From assembly GCA_041690395.1 (NCBI GenBank), contig JAWLHJ010000005.1, positions 32,001-96,000 of the forward strand: a DNA stretch of 64,000 nt, written 5' to 3'. Source of the DNA: Longimicrobiales bacterium (GTDB lineage Bacteria; Gemmatimonadota; Gemmatimonadetes; Longimicrobiales; Gaopeijiaceae). Numbering within the stretch: position 1 is the first letter of the stretch; the number at the start of each line of letters is the position of its first letter. Of this stretch, positions 29,850-38,760 are shown piece after piece. A program made the position numbers and the translations under genes. The notes below the pieces were generated by a model. That model saw only the letters and a list, made by a program, of their open reading frames with translations. It ran no database searches and was not told the origin of the DNA.

Positions 29850-30526
29850 GGGCGGGGGTCGACGCCCCCGCGAAGGAGCTGGCGTATGCGCTCGAGCTCC
29901 TGCTCGAGGGCCTGCGCGCGCTCCTCGGCCTCCGCTGACCTGGCCCGGAGGGCCGCGATCGAGTCGTTCCGCATCGCGAGGCTGTCGCCGAGTGCGCTCA
30001 ATCGATCGATGGTCGACGGGGTGGTGGCGGGCGGGAGCGTGCCCGTCCGGCCGCTGGCCGGGGCCTCGCAAGCCATGTCGTACGGCTCCGAGGGCACCGA
30101 GGCGCCCCGGTCGAGCGCCAGAAGGTAGAGGGACCGGGCCAGCGCCGCGTCCGGCTCCCCGGCGGGCGAGTGGATGAGAAGCCGCGCCGTCAGGGCCGCG
30201 GCCGTCGTCGGGACCCCGTCCGGGTTCGACGGGTCGAGCTCCGCGGATGCCCGGAGCAGGGCCGCCTGCCGCTCGACCGGCAGGTTCAGGCATCCCGCGG
30301 TGAGCGGCGCGAGACGCTCCCGTGCCGAGACGAAGTCGCCGGCGTCCAGGGCGGCGGCCCCGGCCCGGAGCTCGGCCTCGGGGCTGGGGCCCCGCTCCGT
30401 CGGGTGGGTGACCTGGCGGAGCGTGGTGCACCCGGACAGAGCGGTGACTCCGACGACGGCCAGCAGGCCGACAGTCCAGCCCATGGGGCGCCGCGATGGG
30501 GCGGCGCTCGCGGAAGAAGGGCTCAT
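29846..30526 (-). CDS. Helical lipoprotein with a C-terminal coiled coil (QseG/YfhG-like position)
   Basis: Lipobox LSGC, a helical core and ALEQELERIRQLL. ATGA-coupled on both sides. Confidence 0.75.
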   Translation of the reverse strand: MSPSSASAAPSRRPMGWTVGLLAVVGVTALSGCTTLRQVTHPTERGPSPEAELRAGAAALDAGDFVSARERLAPLTAGCLNLPVERQAALLRASAELDPSNPDGVPTTAAALTARLLIHSPAGEPDAALARSLYLLALDRGASVPSEPYDMACEAPASGRTGTLPPATTPSTIDRLSALGDSLAMRNDSIAALRARSAEAEERAQALEQELERIRQLLRGGVDPRP

Positions 30527-31623
30527 GCGGTGCTCGACGCGTGGGACGGCGGCCTCGTCGCGCTCGGAGCGGCGGCATCCCGGTCCGCCTCACGCGCTTC
30601 GGCGAGTCCCGCTCGGAATGCCTCGACGACCTGCGGATCGAAGCGCTCGCCGGACCCGCGGCCGATGTCGTCCAATGCCGCCTCCACCGTCCATGCCTCC
30701 TTGTACGGCCGGGGGTGGGTCAGGGCGTCGAAGGTGTCGGCCACGGCCACGATCCTCCCCGACAGCGGGATCTCCTCACCGGCCAGCCCCTCCGGATAGC
30801 CGCGCCCGTCCCACCGCTCGTGGTGGCTCATGGCGATCTCGGCCGCCAGCTTCAGAAGGGGGACGTCCGATCCGGACAGGATGTCGGCGCCGATGGCACA
30901 GTGCGTCTTCATGACCTCGAACTCGGCCGGACTCAGGGGGCCGTCGTTGAGCAGGATGCCGTCCGGAACGCCGATCTTCCCGACATCGTGGAGGGGCGCG
31001 GCGAGACGCATCATCTCGATGTCGGCGGCCGACCATCCGAGCATGGCCGCCACGCGCGCGGCGGACCTGCCTACCCGCCGGGTGTGCTGCCCCGTCGCGT
31101 CGTCGCGGTATTCGGCCGCGCGGGCGAGCCGCTGCAACGTCTGGAGCCGCGCGTCCTCGAGCTCCAGCGTGCGCGCCCGGACCCTGCGCTCGAGCTCGGC
31201 GTTCTGACCCCTGAGCTCCTGGTACAGCATCCGGGTCTCGAGGAGATTCCGGACCCGGGACCTGACCTCGGAAGGGCTGAGGGGCTTGGTGAGGTAGTCA
31301 CGGGCCCCGGCGCTGAGCGCCCGGCGTTTCGCGTCGCGCGTGTTGTCCGAGGTGAGGACGAGCACGGGAAGGTACTGGTCGTTCGGCGTCGCCTCGCGGA
31401 TGACCTCGAGGACTTCGTGTCCGTCCATGCCGGGCATGAGGAGGTCGAGGAGGACCAGGTCCGGCTCGAAGTCACGAAGCAGCGGCGCGACCTGGCGTGG
31501 GTCCCGGGTATCGTGGACCGTGGCGTAGCCGGCGGGCTCGAGAATGCGACGGAGGAGGTCGACGTTCGAAGCCTCGTCGTCCACGATCAGGATACGGGCA
31601 CGACGGATCTTTTCGTCCAGCAC
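30523..31623 (-). CDS. Response regulator with HD-GYP phosphodiesterase domain
   Basis: REC (VDD, LLDLLMP, TKP), LHDVGKIG, HHERWDGRGYP and VADTFDAL. Confidence 0.94.
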   Translation of the reverse strand: MLDEKIRRARILIVDDEASNVDLLRRILEPAGYATVHDTRDPRQVAPLLRDFEPDLVLLDLLMPGMDGHEVLEVIREATPNDQYLPVLVLTSDNTRDAKRRALSAGARDYLTKPLSPSEVRSRVRNLLETRMLYQELRGQNAELERRVRARTLELEDARLQTLQRLARAAEYRDDATGQHTRRVGRSAARVAAMLGWSAADIEMMRLAAPLHDVGKIGVPDGILLNDGPLSPAEFEVMKTHCAIGADILSGSDVPLLKLAAEIAMSHHERWDGRGYPEGLAGEEIPLSGRIVAVADTFDALTHPRPYKEAWTVEAALDDIGRGSGERFDPQVVEAFRAGLAEAREADRDAAAPSATRPPSHASSTA

Positions 31624-31713
31624 GGAGATGTTCGGCGGGTCGCGAGGAGAAGGGATGCGACACCCCCCCTTGTCGCAAGAAACGTACCTCCCTCTACATC
31701 CCTGGGCGACGCC

Positions 31714-32244
31714 CTATGCGATCCAGCGCTCGTCTCTCCGGTCGACGCTCGTCGGACGACCCTCGATCTGCTCGAGGTCCAGTACGGCTTCCCCCTCCCC
31801 GCCACGGTACCGCACACCGAGGCCCCGCCCGGCCAGCAGCCTGGCCATCGCCCGGTTCTCCCCGGAGACGTGGAACGTGAGGCGCCTCACACCGTCGGCG
31901 TGGGCGTCGTCGACCACCGCGTCGAGGAGCGTGCTCCCCAGCCCCCGCCCCTGCACGCTGTCGGCCACGACGAGCGCGACGTCGTACGAGCCTTTTTCCC
32001 CGGGCCAGCGCACCCGGTGGGCGACGCCGACCAGATCGCCCTCCCTCAGGGCCCCGATCGATACGTGGCGTGGCTCGTCGACGACGCAAACGTGGGCCAG
32101 CACATGCCTGGGAATCCGCGGCATGGGCGTCCCGAAGCGGAGCCGGCGCGAGCGCTCGGAGAGCGACTCGTAGAGGGCCGCGACATCGGGCGCGTCCGAG
32201 AGGGAGAGGCGCCGCAGCGCGATCGGTGCGAGATTCGTGAACAT
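31714..32244 (-). CDS. GNAT family N-acetyltransferase
   Basis: SLSERSRRLRF, VVADSVQGRGLG and ENRAM. Start uncertain. Confidence 0.82.
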   Translation of the reverse strand: MFTNLAPIALRRLSLSDAPDVAALYESLSERSRRLRFGTPMPRIPRHVLAHVCVVDEPRHVSIGALREGDLVGVAHRVRWPGEKGSYDVALVVADSVQGRGLGSTLLDAVVDDAHADGVRRLTFHVSGENRAMARLLAGRGLGVRYRGGEGEAVLDLEQIEGRPTSVDRRDERWIA

Positions 32245-32374
32245 CACGCCCGAGCCTGCGCGGGAATGCACCGAGGAGTGACATGGTGCACCGGAACGAG
32301 GCATCCGGGCCGGATCGAACCAGAGCCGTGGAGTGGATAGGCATGCAGGGAAGCCGGGAGTTGGGAGGAGGCCG

Positions 32375-32887
32375 ATGAGCGGGTGGGAGATACGTGAGGC
32401 GACGGTCGCCGATCACGCGGCCATTCTCGCCGTCAACGAGCAGAGCGTGCCCGGCGTGAGCGCGTTCGACAGCGCCAAGCTCGAGGCACTCGCGGCGGCG
32501 TCCGACCCTCTGCTGGTGGCGGTCGGAGAGGACGGCGTGGCCGGATACCTGATCGGCTTCACTCCGGATGCGCGGTACCAGGGCGCCTGCTTCAGGTGGT
32601 TCCGAGAGAACCGTCCGGGCTCCCTCTACATCGATCAGGTCGCGATCGGTGCGTCGGCCCGGCGCCGCGGCGCGGGCGCGGCTCTCTACGACGCAGCAGA
32701 ACAGGCCGCCATCGACCGCGGCCTGGATCGGCTCACCTGCGAGGTGAACCTCGACCCTCCGAACCCCGAGTCGATGGCCTTCCACGCTGCCCGGGGCTTC
32801 CAGCAGGTGGGCACGCTCGCGGTCCCGGACGGACGCAGGGTGTCGCTGCAGCTGAAGGTGCTTGGAGAGAAGGCGCTCGGGGAGTAG
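32375..32887 (+). CDS. GNAT family N-acetyltransferase
   Basis: LYIDQVAI, RRRGAG, CEVN and SMAFHAARGF. GGAGG RBS. Confidence 0.88.
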   Translation: MSGWEIREATVADHAAILAVNEQSVPGVSAFDSAKLEALAAASDPLLVAVGEDGVAGYLIGFTPDARYQGACFRWFRENRPGSLYIDQVAIGASARRRGAGAALYDAAEQAAIDRGLDRLTCEVNLDPPNPESMAFHAARGFQQVGTLAVPDGRRVSLQLKVLGEKALGE

Positions 32888-32988
32888 CGCCGGGCCACGG
32901 CGAGCCGGCGGGGTGGTCCATGCTTTCGACGACACACTAAGTTGTGGACGAGCGTGTTTCCCGGTCATTCCACAGGAGGTCGACTCGA

Positions 32989-34218
32989 GTGACGTCGCTG
33001 AATCCCAGAAACGCCCTCGTGGCGTGCGTGATGGCCCTCGGGGCCGCGCTGCCGGCGTATTCGTCGGCTCAGGAATACGTCCCCGGTCCGCACCCCGAGT
33101 GGGAACGGCGTGACCCGGCGGCCGTCGGCTTCGATCCGGCCGCGCTCCAGTCTGCCATCGACTTCGCCGTCGCTTCGGAATCCACCTCCCCCCGCGACCT
33201 CACGCTGAACCACGACATGGGGTTCGGCCGGGAGCCCCGGGGCGACGCCATCGGCCCGTTCGCGGACCGCGGCCCACAGACCGGTCTCGTGATCCGGCAC
33301 GGCTACATCGTGGCCGAGTGGGGCGAGCCGGCGCGCGTCGACCAGACGTTCAGCGTGGCGAAGAGCTTTCTGTCCACGACGGTGGGGCTCGCGGTCGACC
33401 ACGGTATCATCCGGAGCATCGACGACCCGGTGCGCGCCTACATGCCGCCCCTCGTTCTGGACCACGGTGACGGGGAGCCCGGAGACGAGAACGGACGTCG
33501 GCCGAAGCTCCTCTTCGAGTCGGACCACAACCGGGGGATCACCTGGGAGCATCTCCTCCGGCAGACGAGCGACTGGGAGGGGACGCTCTGGGGAAAGCCG
33601 GAGTGGGCGGATCGCCCGGACCGGGACCCGTCGACCTGGCTGACCCGCCCGCGCAACGCCCCGGGCACCGTCTACGAGTACAACGACACGCGGGTGAACC
33701 TGCTCGCGCTGGCCGCGACCGCGATCTGGCGAAAGCCGCTCCCCGACGTGCTCCACGAGCATGTGATGGGACCCATCGGCGCGTCCACCACCTGGCAGTG
33801 GCACGGCTACGAGAACTCCTGGATCAACCTGAACGGCCACACGGTGCAGGCGGTGAGCGGGGGAAGCCACTGGGGCGGTGGCATGTTCATCAACGCCTAC
33901 GATCAGGCCCGACTCGGGCTCCTCACGCTGCACGGGGGACGCTGGGGCGACCAGCAGCTCGTCTCGCGTGAGTGGATCGAGCGCTCCCGCGTTCCCGGGA
34001 CGGCGAACCCGGGTTACGGATTCATGAACTACTTCCTGAACACCGACGGTGAGATGTACGCGAACGCGCCCGAAGAGGCATGGGCGCACATCGGGGCTGG
34101 CTCCAACATCGTGTATGTCGATCCGGTCAACGACCTCGTCGTCGTCGCCCGTTGGATCCAGGGCAACCAGTTCGACGAGTTCATCGGGCGCGTCCTTTCC
34201 GCGCTCGACGGGGGGTAG
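32989..34218 (+). CDS. Serine hydrolase (beta-lactamase class C/esterase fold), exported
   Basis: Signal peptide, SVAK (SxxK), HLLRQTS, YEYND and WGGGM. AGGAGGT RBS. Confidence 0.88.
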   Translation: MTSLNPRNALVACVMALGAALPAYSSAQEYVPGPHPEWERRDPAAVGFDPAALQSAIDFAVASESTSPRDLTLNHDMGFGREPRGDAIGPFADRGPQTGLVIRHGYIVAEWGEPARVDQTFSVAKSFLSTTVGLAVDHGIIRSIDDPVRAYMPPLVLDHGDGEPGDENGRRPKLLFESDHNRGITWEHLLRQTSDWEGTLWGKPEWADRPDRDPSTWLTRPRNAPGTVYEYNDTRVNLLALAATAIWRKPLPDVLHEHVMGPIGASTTWQWHGYENSWINLNGHTVQAVSGGSHWGGGMFINAYDQARLGLLTLHGGRWGDQQLVSREWIERSRVPGTANPGYGFMNYFLNTDGEMYANAPEEAWAHIGAGSNIVYVDPVNDLVVVARWIQGNQFDEFIGRVLSALDGG

Positions 34219-34241
34219 TCATTCTCCGCCGGGTCCGGGTA
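34215..34241 (+). promoter_or_regulatory. Putative ECF promoter, copy 1 (upstream of the ECF sigma gene)
   Basis: GTAGTCA-N13-CCGGGTA, with the same half-sites and spacing as 38673-38699. Confidence 0.65.
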
Positions 34242-34272
34242 TGGAGGGCGAAACACATTCCGCCCGGAAACC

Positions 34273-34899
34273 ATGCTGAACGCGACCACATTACCCAGAC
34301 CCTTCGTACAGGTGAGCAGCGCTTCGCCGCGTGAGACGCCGGAACTGGATCTGTTCCGCGTGTGGGCGCGGAAGATCCGGGACTCGGACGCTTCGGCGCT
34401 CGAGTCGTTCTTCCGAGCAGTCCACGGCCCTCTCGTCGGATACGCGACGAAGTTCGTGCCGGAGGCCTCGGCCGAGGACATCGTGCAGGACGCGTTCATC
34501 CGGATCTGGGAAGGGCGGGCGCGCATCGACCCGTCCCAGTCGCTGAAGGCCTTCGCGTACCGCACGGTACGGAACCTCTGCCTGAACCGGATCCGTGATT
34601 CCAAGACCCGGGAGACTCTGCTCGCCGAGCGGTACGAAGTCCCGACCGAGGCGATTCCGGAGCCGGACGAGGAGCTCGCGAAGGCGGATTTCGCCGAGCG
34701 CCTGAAGGCCTGGATCGCCGAGCTCCCGGAGCGCCAGAGGGAGGCGCTCGAACTCAGCCGCTTCCACGGCCTCACGCACGATCAGGTGGCCGAGGCGATG
34801 GGCGTCTCACCCAGGACCGTGAACAATCATCTGGTCAAAGCTCTGCGCTCCATCCGGGACCGGGTGCGCGCGTTCGAGCCTTCCCTGTTGGACTCATGA
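34273..34899 (+). CDS. ECF (FecI-like) RNA polymerase sigma-70 factor
   Basis: AEDIVQDAFIRIW, RNLCLN and LPERQRE...GVSPRTVNNHL. Adjacent to FecR. Confidence 0.93.
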   Translation: MLNATTLPRPFVQVSSASPRETPELDLFRVWARKIRDSDASALESFFRAVHGPLVGYATKFVPEASAEDIVQDAFIRIWEGRARIDPSQSLKAFAYRTVRNLCLNRIRDSKTRETLLAERYEVPTEAIPEPDEELAKADFAERLKAWIAELPERQREALELSRFHGLTHDQVAEAMGVSPRTVNNHLVKALRSIRDRVRAFEPSLLDS

Positions 34900-35867
34900 A
34901 CAAGCACGAGAACGATCGGTTCCCGAGGACGCTCGCGGACGAGCCCGACGCCGACGAGCTCGAGGCCGTCTGGGCGGCGCTCGAAGTCGCGCACCCGGAT
35001 GCATCCTTCTCGCCCGAGAAGACGGACGCCGCCTGGGAGGCGCTCAGCGGAAAGCTGGGTCTGGGGGCGTCGAGCGCACTCGAGGGCGACGACGACACCC
35101 ACGGGCACGGCGCACCGTCGTCGTCCCGGGCGGCGACCCGGACGGGTTGGCTGCGGGTGGCCGCGGTCGTCGCGGTCGCGCTGGGAGGAGCCACTGTGTG
35201 GCAGCAGGTGCCGGTGACGCATGTCGCTCCGGCGGGGGCGCGGGTGGCCGTCACGTTGCCCGACGGCTCCGACGTCCAGCTCAATGCCGGCTCCACCCTG
35301 CGGCACCGCAGGGGCTTCGCCCTTCTGCCCGGAGTCGCTGCCGGCGTGAGGTCGGTCCGCCTCGAGGGGGAGGCGTTCTTCGACGTCGAGCCGGCGGAGC
35401 GGCCGTTCGAGGTCGAGGCCGGCGGGGTGCGGGTCACCGTCCTGGGCACGCGCTTCAACGTGCGGGCCAGAGCGGGCTTTGCCACTCCCGTGCGGGTCGA
35501 CGTGGCCGAGGGCCGCGTCCGCGTCGAGGCGCCGCTCGAGGACGGCGGCGTCGAGCTCGCCGCCGGGCAGAGCGTCCGCGTCCTCTCCGATTCGGATGGG
35601 CTCGTGACCGAGTCCGTGTCCCTCGAACGGATTGCGTCGTGGCTGTCCGGGGGACTGACCCTGACCGAGGAGCGGCTCGCCGACGTGGTGGCGGAGCTCG
35701 GGGTACGGTTCGGCGTGAATGTCTCCCTCGCTCCGTCCGTGGACGGCTCCGAGCGGGTGACGGCGTACTATCCGTTGGTGACCGGCGTCGACTCGGTGCT
35801 CACCGATCTGGCCACGCAGCAGGATCTACAGGTCCGGAGAACGACCGACGGATGGGAGCTCTTCTGA
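34896..35867 (+). CDS. FecR family anti-sigma factor
   Basis: N-terminal helical domain, one TM helix, TLPDGSDVQLN, LEGEAFFDV and VTVLGTRFNV. Confidence 0.93.
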   Translation: MNKHENDRFPRTLADEPDADELEAVWAALEVAHPDASFSPEKTDAAWEALSGKLGLGASSALEGDDDTHGHGAPSSSRAATRTGWLRVAAVVAVALGGATVWQQVPVTHVAPAGARVAVTLPDGSDVQLNAGSTLRHRRGFALLPGVAAGVRSVRLEGEAFFDVEPAERPFEVEAGGVRVTVLGTRFNVRARAGFATPVRVDVAEGRVRVEAPLEDGGVELAAGQSVRVLSDSDGLVTESVSLERIASWLSGGLTLTEERLADVVAELGVRFGVNVSLAPSVDGSERVTAYYPLVTGVDSVLTDLATQQDLQVRRTTDGWELF

Positions 35868-35887
35868 CCGAAGCGCGTGCGCGAGCC

Positions 35888-38656
35888 ATGGGACCAGCCT
35901 CCCGCGTGGCCGCGCTCGCGCTGACATTTGCCTCGCTGCTCGGCGCCCCGACGCCCGCGATCGGCCAGGTCGAGACCTTCGACCTGGCCGTTCGTGATGT
36001 TGCCGTCAGCGTTGCCCTGGAGGACCTGGTGAACATGACGGGGATCAGCCTCGTCTACTCCTCCGATGTCGTGCGGGGCAAGCGGACCGTGTGCCGGGCC
36101 GAGGGCGCCTCGGCGGAGGAGCTGCTCCGCTGCGTCGTGCATGGCGCCGGCCTCGACTTCTACCGTCTCTCGTCCGGCACCTACGTCGTGATCGCCGCCC
36201 CCGAGGCGCTCCCGGCCTTCGGAACCCTGGCCGGCGAGATCGTGGACGCGTTGACCGGCGAGCCCGTCCCGGCGGCCTCCGTCGAGCTCGCCGACGGATC
36301 GGGCCGTGCCGTCTCGAACGGGGCAGGACTCTTCCTGCTTCCGCGCCTGCTCCCCGGCCCGCACGAGCTGAGGATCTCCCACTTCGGATATGCTCCGCGG
36401 GTGCTCTCCCTCGAGATCGGTGCTTCGACGGCGCTCCGTCGCAGCATCCGGCTCGACCCGCTCGCGCTCGAGCTCGACCCGATCGTCGTGGACGGCCTCG
36501 ACCGCGTGGGTGGGACCTCGGCCGACGGCGTCTGGGGCTCGACCGACTTCGCGTCGGCCGTTCCGGAGGGTGGAGACGTGTCGCGTCAGGCGCGGACGGG
36601 GCTGGGGGTGAGCCGCCGCCCGCTCTTCGCCGACCTGTCCGTGCAGGGAAGCGCGCCCGGGGAGCACATGGTCCGGCTCGACGGCGTACCCGTGTTCGAT
36701 CCGGTCGCGCTCGGCCGCACGAGGAGTGCCTTCAGCCCATTGGCCCTCCGGCGCATCACCGTCCACAAGGCGGGTTTCGACGTGGCCGAGGGGAGCTTCG
36801 CGGGCGGCGTGATCGACATCGAGCATCGCGTGGAGAATCCGGAGGGCGAGGGCGGCGTGACGGTCCACGCCGATCCCGTCAGCGTCACCGGCGAGGTCTC
36901 GGTTCCCGTCGCCGCGCTCGGCGGGGAGGGATGGTTGATGACCTCGGCCCGGGGTAGCCTCTGGGACGTCTACCGCGAGCCCGCGCTCGACGACGCCCTG
37001 CGGGACTGGAACAGCGTGGATCCGGTCATCGCGCGGCGCCTTCTGGGGGACGGTACGCGCTTCACCGACGGCCTCCGGTTCGACGCGCACCGGCACGGCT
37101 CGGACGTGGCGTTCTCGGACGTCCACGCGGCGCTGCGACTGAGGTATCCGGGCTTCCGGACGCTGAACGCGTCGTTCTACCGCGGCTCGAACAGCGTCGG
37201 GACGGAGCTGTTCTCGTCCGGCACCGACCCCGAGTCCGAGGCGCTGGACCGGCTCATGGTCACGCGCGATCGCTACGAATGGTCGAACGTCGTCGGAACC
37301 GTGGGCTTCGACTGGCTCCTGGGGGACCGCGCGTCGCTCGGGGCCCGCGTCTGGGGCAGCGAGCACGAGCTCGAGCACGCGTACGGCATGGTCGACGGGA
37401 ACGAGGTCGGGTACGATCCCGGCAGCTCCAGCGTGGCCGAGATCGAGAGGGACCTGGTGGCGCTCCTCGACGCCCGCCCGCGGGCCGGCGACGGAAACCG
37501 GGTTCGTGAGCTCGGGGCCGAGCTGTCGGGTGACCTGGCCGCCGGCGGAGGACACTTCCTGAGCGCCGGGGCGGAAGTCGTGCGGGTCGAGAGCAGGAGT
37601 CGGTTCGAGAACGGCTTCATCCTTCCTCTCCGATCCGACGTGTCCGGGTGGAGGTTCGCTGGATATGCGCAGGATCGCTGGACGATCGGCCGCGCGGTGA
37701 CCCTGGAGGGGGGCGTCCGGGTGACTGCGATTCCGGGCGGAGACGTGTTCGCCGAGCCCCGCGGATCGGTGCGACTCGACGGGGCTTCGGGCGCGCTCGG
37801 ACCGTGGAGCTTGCGCCTCGCCGCCGGGCTCCACCGGCAGTTCGTCGACCAGTTCGAGCTGACGAGCATCGGCCCGAGCGCGCTTGTCCCGGAGATCCGG
37901 TTCTGGCTGCCCTCCGACGGCTCGCTGGAGCCGGCCAAGGCCCGCCACCTCGCCCTGGAATGGGCCGTACGGCCGGTGGACGGTCTCGAGCTGCGGGCCG
38001 AGGCGTACCGGAAGTGGCTCGATCGGGTGCTCGCCCTCGACTATGGTGTACTTACGGCCGCGCACTCGGGTGAGCCGACCGTGGTCGATCAGGACCGCTT
38101 CGTGGGGGTGTCCGAAGGGAAGGCCTACGGGGCGGGACTTCAGGCGTCCTGGGAGGACGACCGCCTCCGACTCGCCGCCGGTTACGACTGGAGCGTTTCG
38201 GAGCGGACCTTCCCGTCACGGTTCGGCGGGGCGGCTCAGCCGACCCCCTGGAGCGAGCCGCATGGCGTCGACGTCTCGCTGCGCCTTCCGGTGGGCCGTG
38301 GGTGGGCCCTGGAGGTGGAATCCGGTACGGTGTGGGGTCGCACCTGGGGCCTCAGGCGGGCCTACTACGACTTCCTCACGCTCCACGGGACCGACGGCGG
38401 GCCCGAGATCGCTCCTCCCGGCGACGACCCCCTGCCGACCCTCCACCGGTTGGACGTAGGCACGTCCTGGCTCGGTCGTCTGGGTGGCGGACCACTCACC
38501 GAGCTCCGCGTCGAGATCCGGAATGCGATCCCTCGACAGGTGCTGGACTACTCCCTGGCGCGCATCGAGGCAGATACGGGCTCCAGCGGCTATGAGCGGC
38601 TCCCGCGGTATCTCCCGGGCAGGTCCCTCTCGCTCTCGTTGCGACTGGCGCTCTGA
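35888..38656 (+). CDS. TonB-dependent transducer with N-terminal signalling (STN-like) and carboxypeptidase-regulatory-like domains
   Basis: ALEDL...GISLVYS (STN-like), GEIVDALTGEPVPAASV, a plug (LDGVPVFDP, GGVIDI) and an amphipathic beta-barrel. Confidence 0.85.
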   Translation: MGPASRVAALALTFASLLGAPTPAIGQVETFDLAVRDVAVSVALEDLVNMTGISLVYSSDVVRGKRTVCRAEGASAEELLRCVVHGAGLDFYRLSSGTYVVIAAPEALPAFGTLAGEIVDALTGEPVPAASVELADGSGRAVSNGAGLFLLPRLLPGPHELRISHFGYAPRVLSLEIGASTALRRSIRLDPLALELDPIVVDGLDRVGGTSADGVWGSTDFASAVPEGGDVSRQARTGLGVSRRPLFADLSVQGSAPGEHMVRLDGVPVFDPVALGRTRSAFSPLALRRITVHKAGFDVAEGSFAGGVIDIEHRVENPEGEGGVTVHADPVSVTGEVSVPVAALGGEGWLMTSARGSLWDVYREPALDDALRDWNSVDPVIARRLLGDGTRFTDGLRFDAHRHGSDVAFSDVHAALRLRYPGFRTLNASFYRGSNSVGTELFSSGTDPESEALDRLMVTRDRYEWSNVVGTVGFDWLLGDRASLGARVWGSEHELEHAYGMVDGNEVGYDPGSSSVAEIERDLVALLDARPRAGDGNRVRELGAELSGDLAAGGGHFLSAGAEVVRVESRSRFENGFILPLRSDVSGWRFAGYAQDRWTIGRAVTLEGGVRVTAIPGGDVFAEPRGSVRLDGASGALGPWSLRLAAGLHRQFVDQFELTSIGPSALVPEIRFWLPSDGSLEPAKARHLALEWAVRPVDGLELRAEAYRKWLDRVLALDYGVLTAAHSGEPTVVDQDRFVGVSEGKAYGAGLQASWEDDRLRLAAGYDWSVSERTFPSRFGGAAQPTPWSEPHGVDVSLRLPVGRGWALEVESGTVWGRTWGLRRAYYDFLTLHGTDGGPEIAPPGDDPLPTLHRLDVGTSWLGRLGGGPLTELRVEIRNAIPRQVLDYSLARIEADTGSSGYERLPRYLPGRSLSLSLRLAL

Positions 38657-38672
38657 GCGATTCAAGCTTGGC

Positions 38673-38699
38673 GTAGTCACCCGTTCGCTCTCCCGTGTA
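38673..38699 (+). promoter_or_regulatory. Putative ECF promoter, copy 2 (upstream of the fasciclin gene)
   Basis: GTAGTCA-N13-CCGTGTA. Confidence 0.65.
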
Positions 38700-38760
38700 A
38701 CGAGGTCGCAAGCCCGGTCGGTCGACCGGTGCCCGCACCTCTCCAACACGCACGGGAATC

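Noticed and set aside
32267..32290. TGCACC-N12-GGTGCA between the divergent GNAT genes, as a possible NtrC site
   Set aside because: The spacing differs from the NtrC consensus and I saw no -24/-12 promoter nearby.
32989..34218. Serine hydrolase as a true beta-lactamase
   Set aside because: It has SxxK and a catalytic Tyr, but HIG replaces KTG. It is more likely an esterase or amidase, and the substrate cannot be inferred.
35147..35887. Apparent N-terminal extensions in the ORF track (also 29850-30593, 51981-52586, 47439-47483)
   Set aside because: These are stop-free runs through neighbouring genes. The real starts are supported by signal peptides, domain boundaries or stop/start overlaps.
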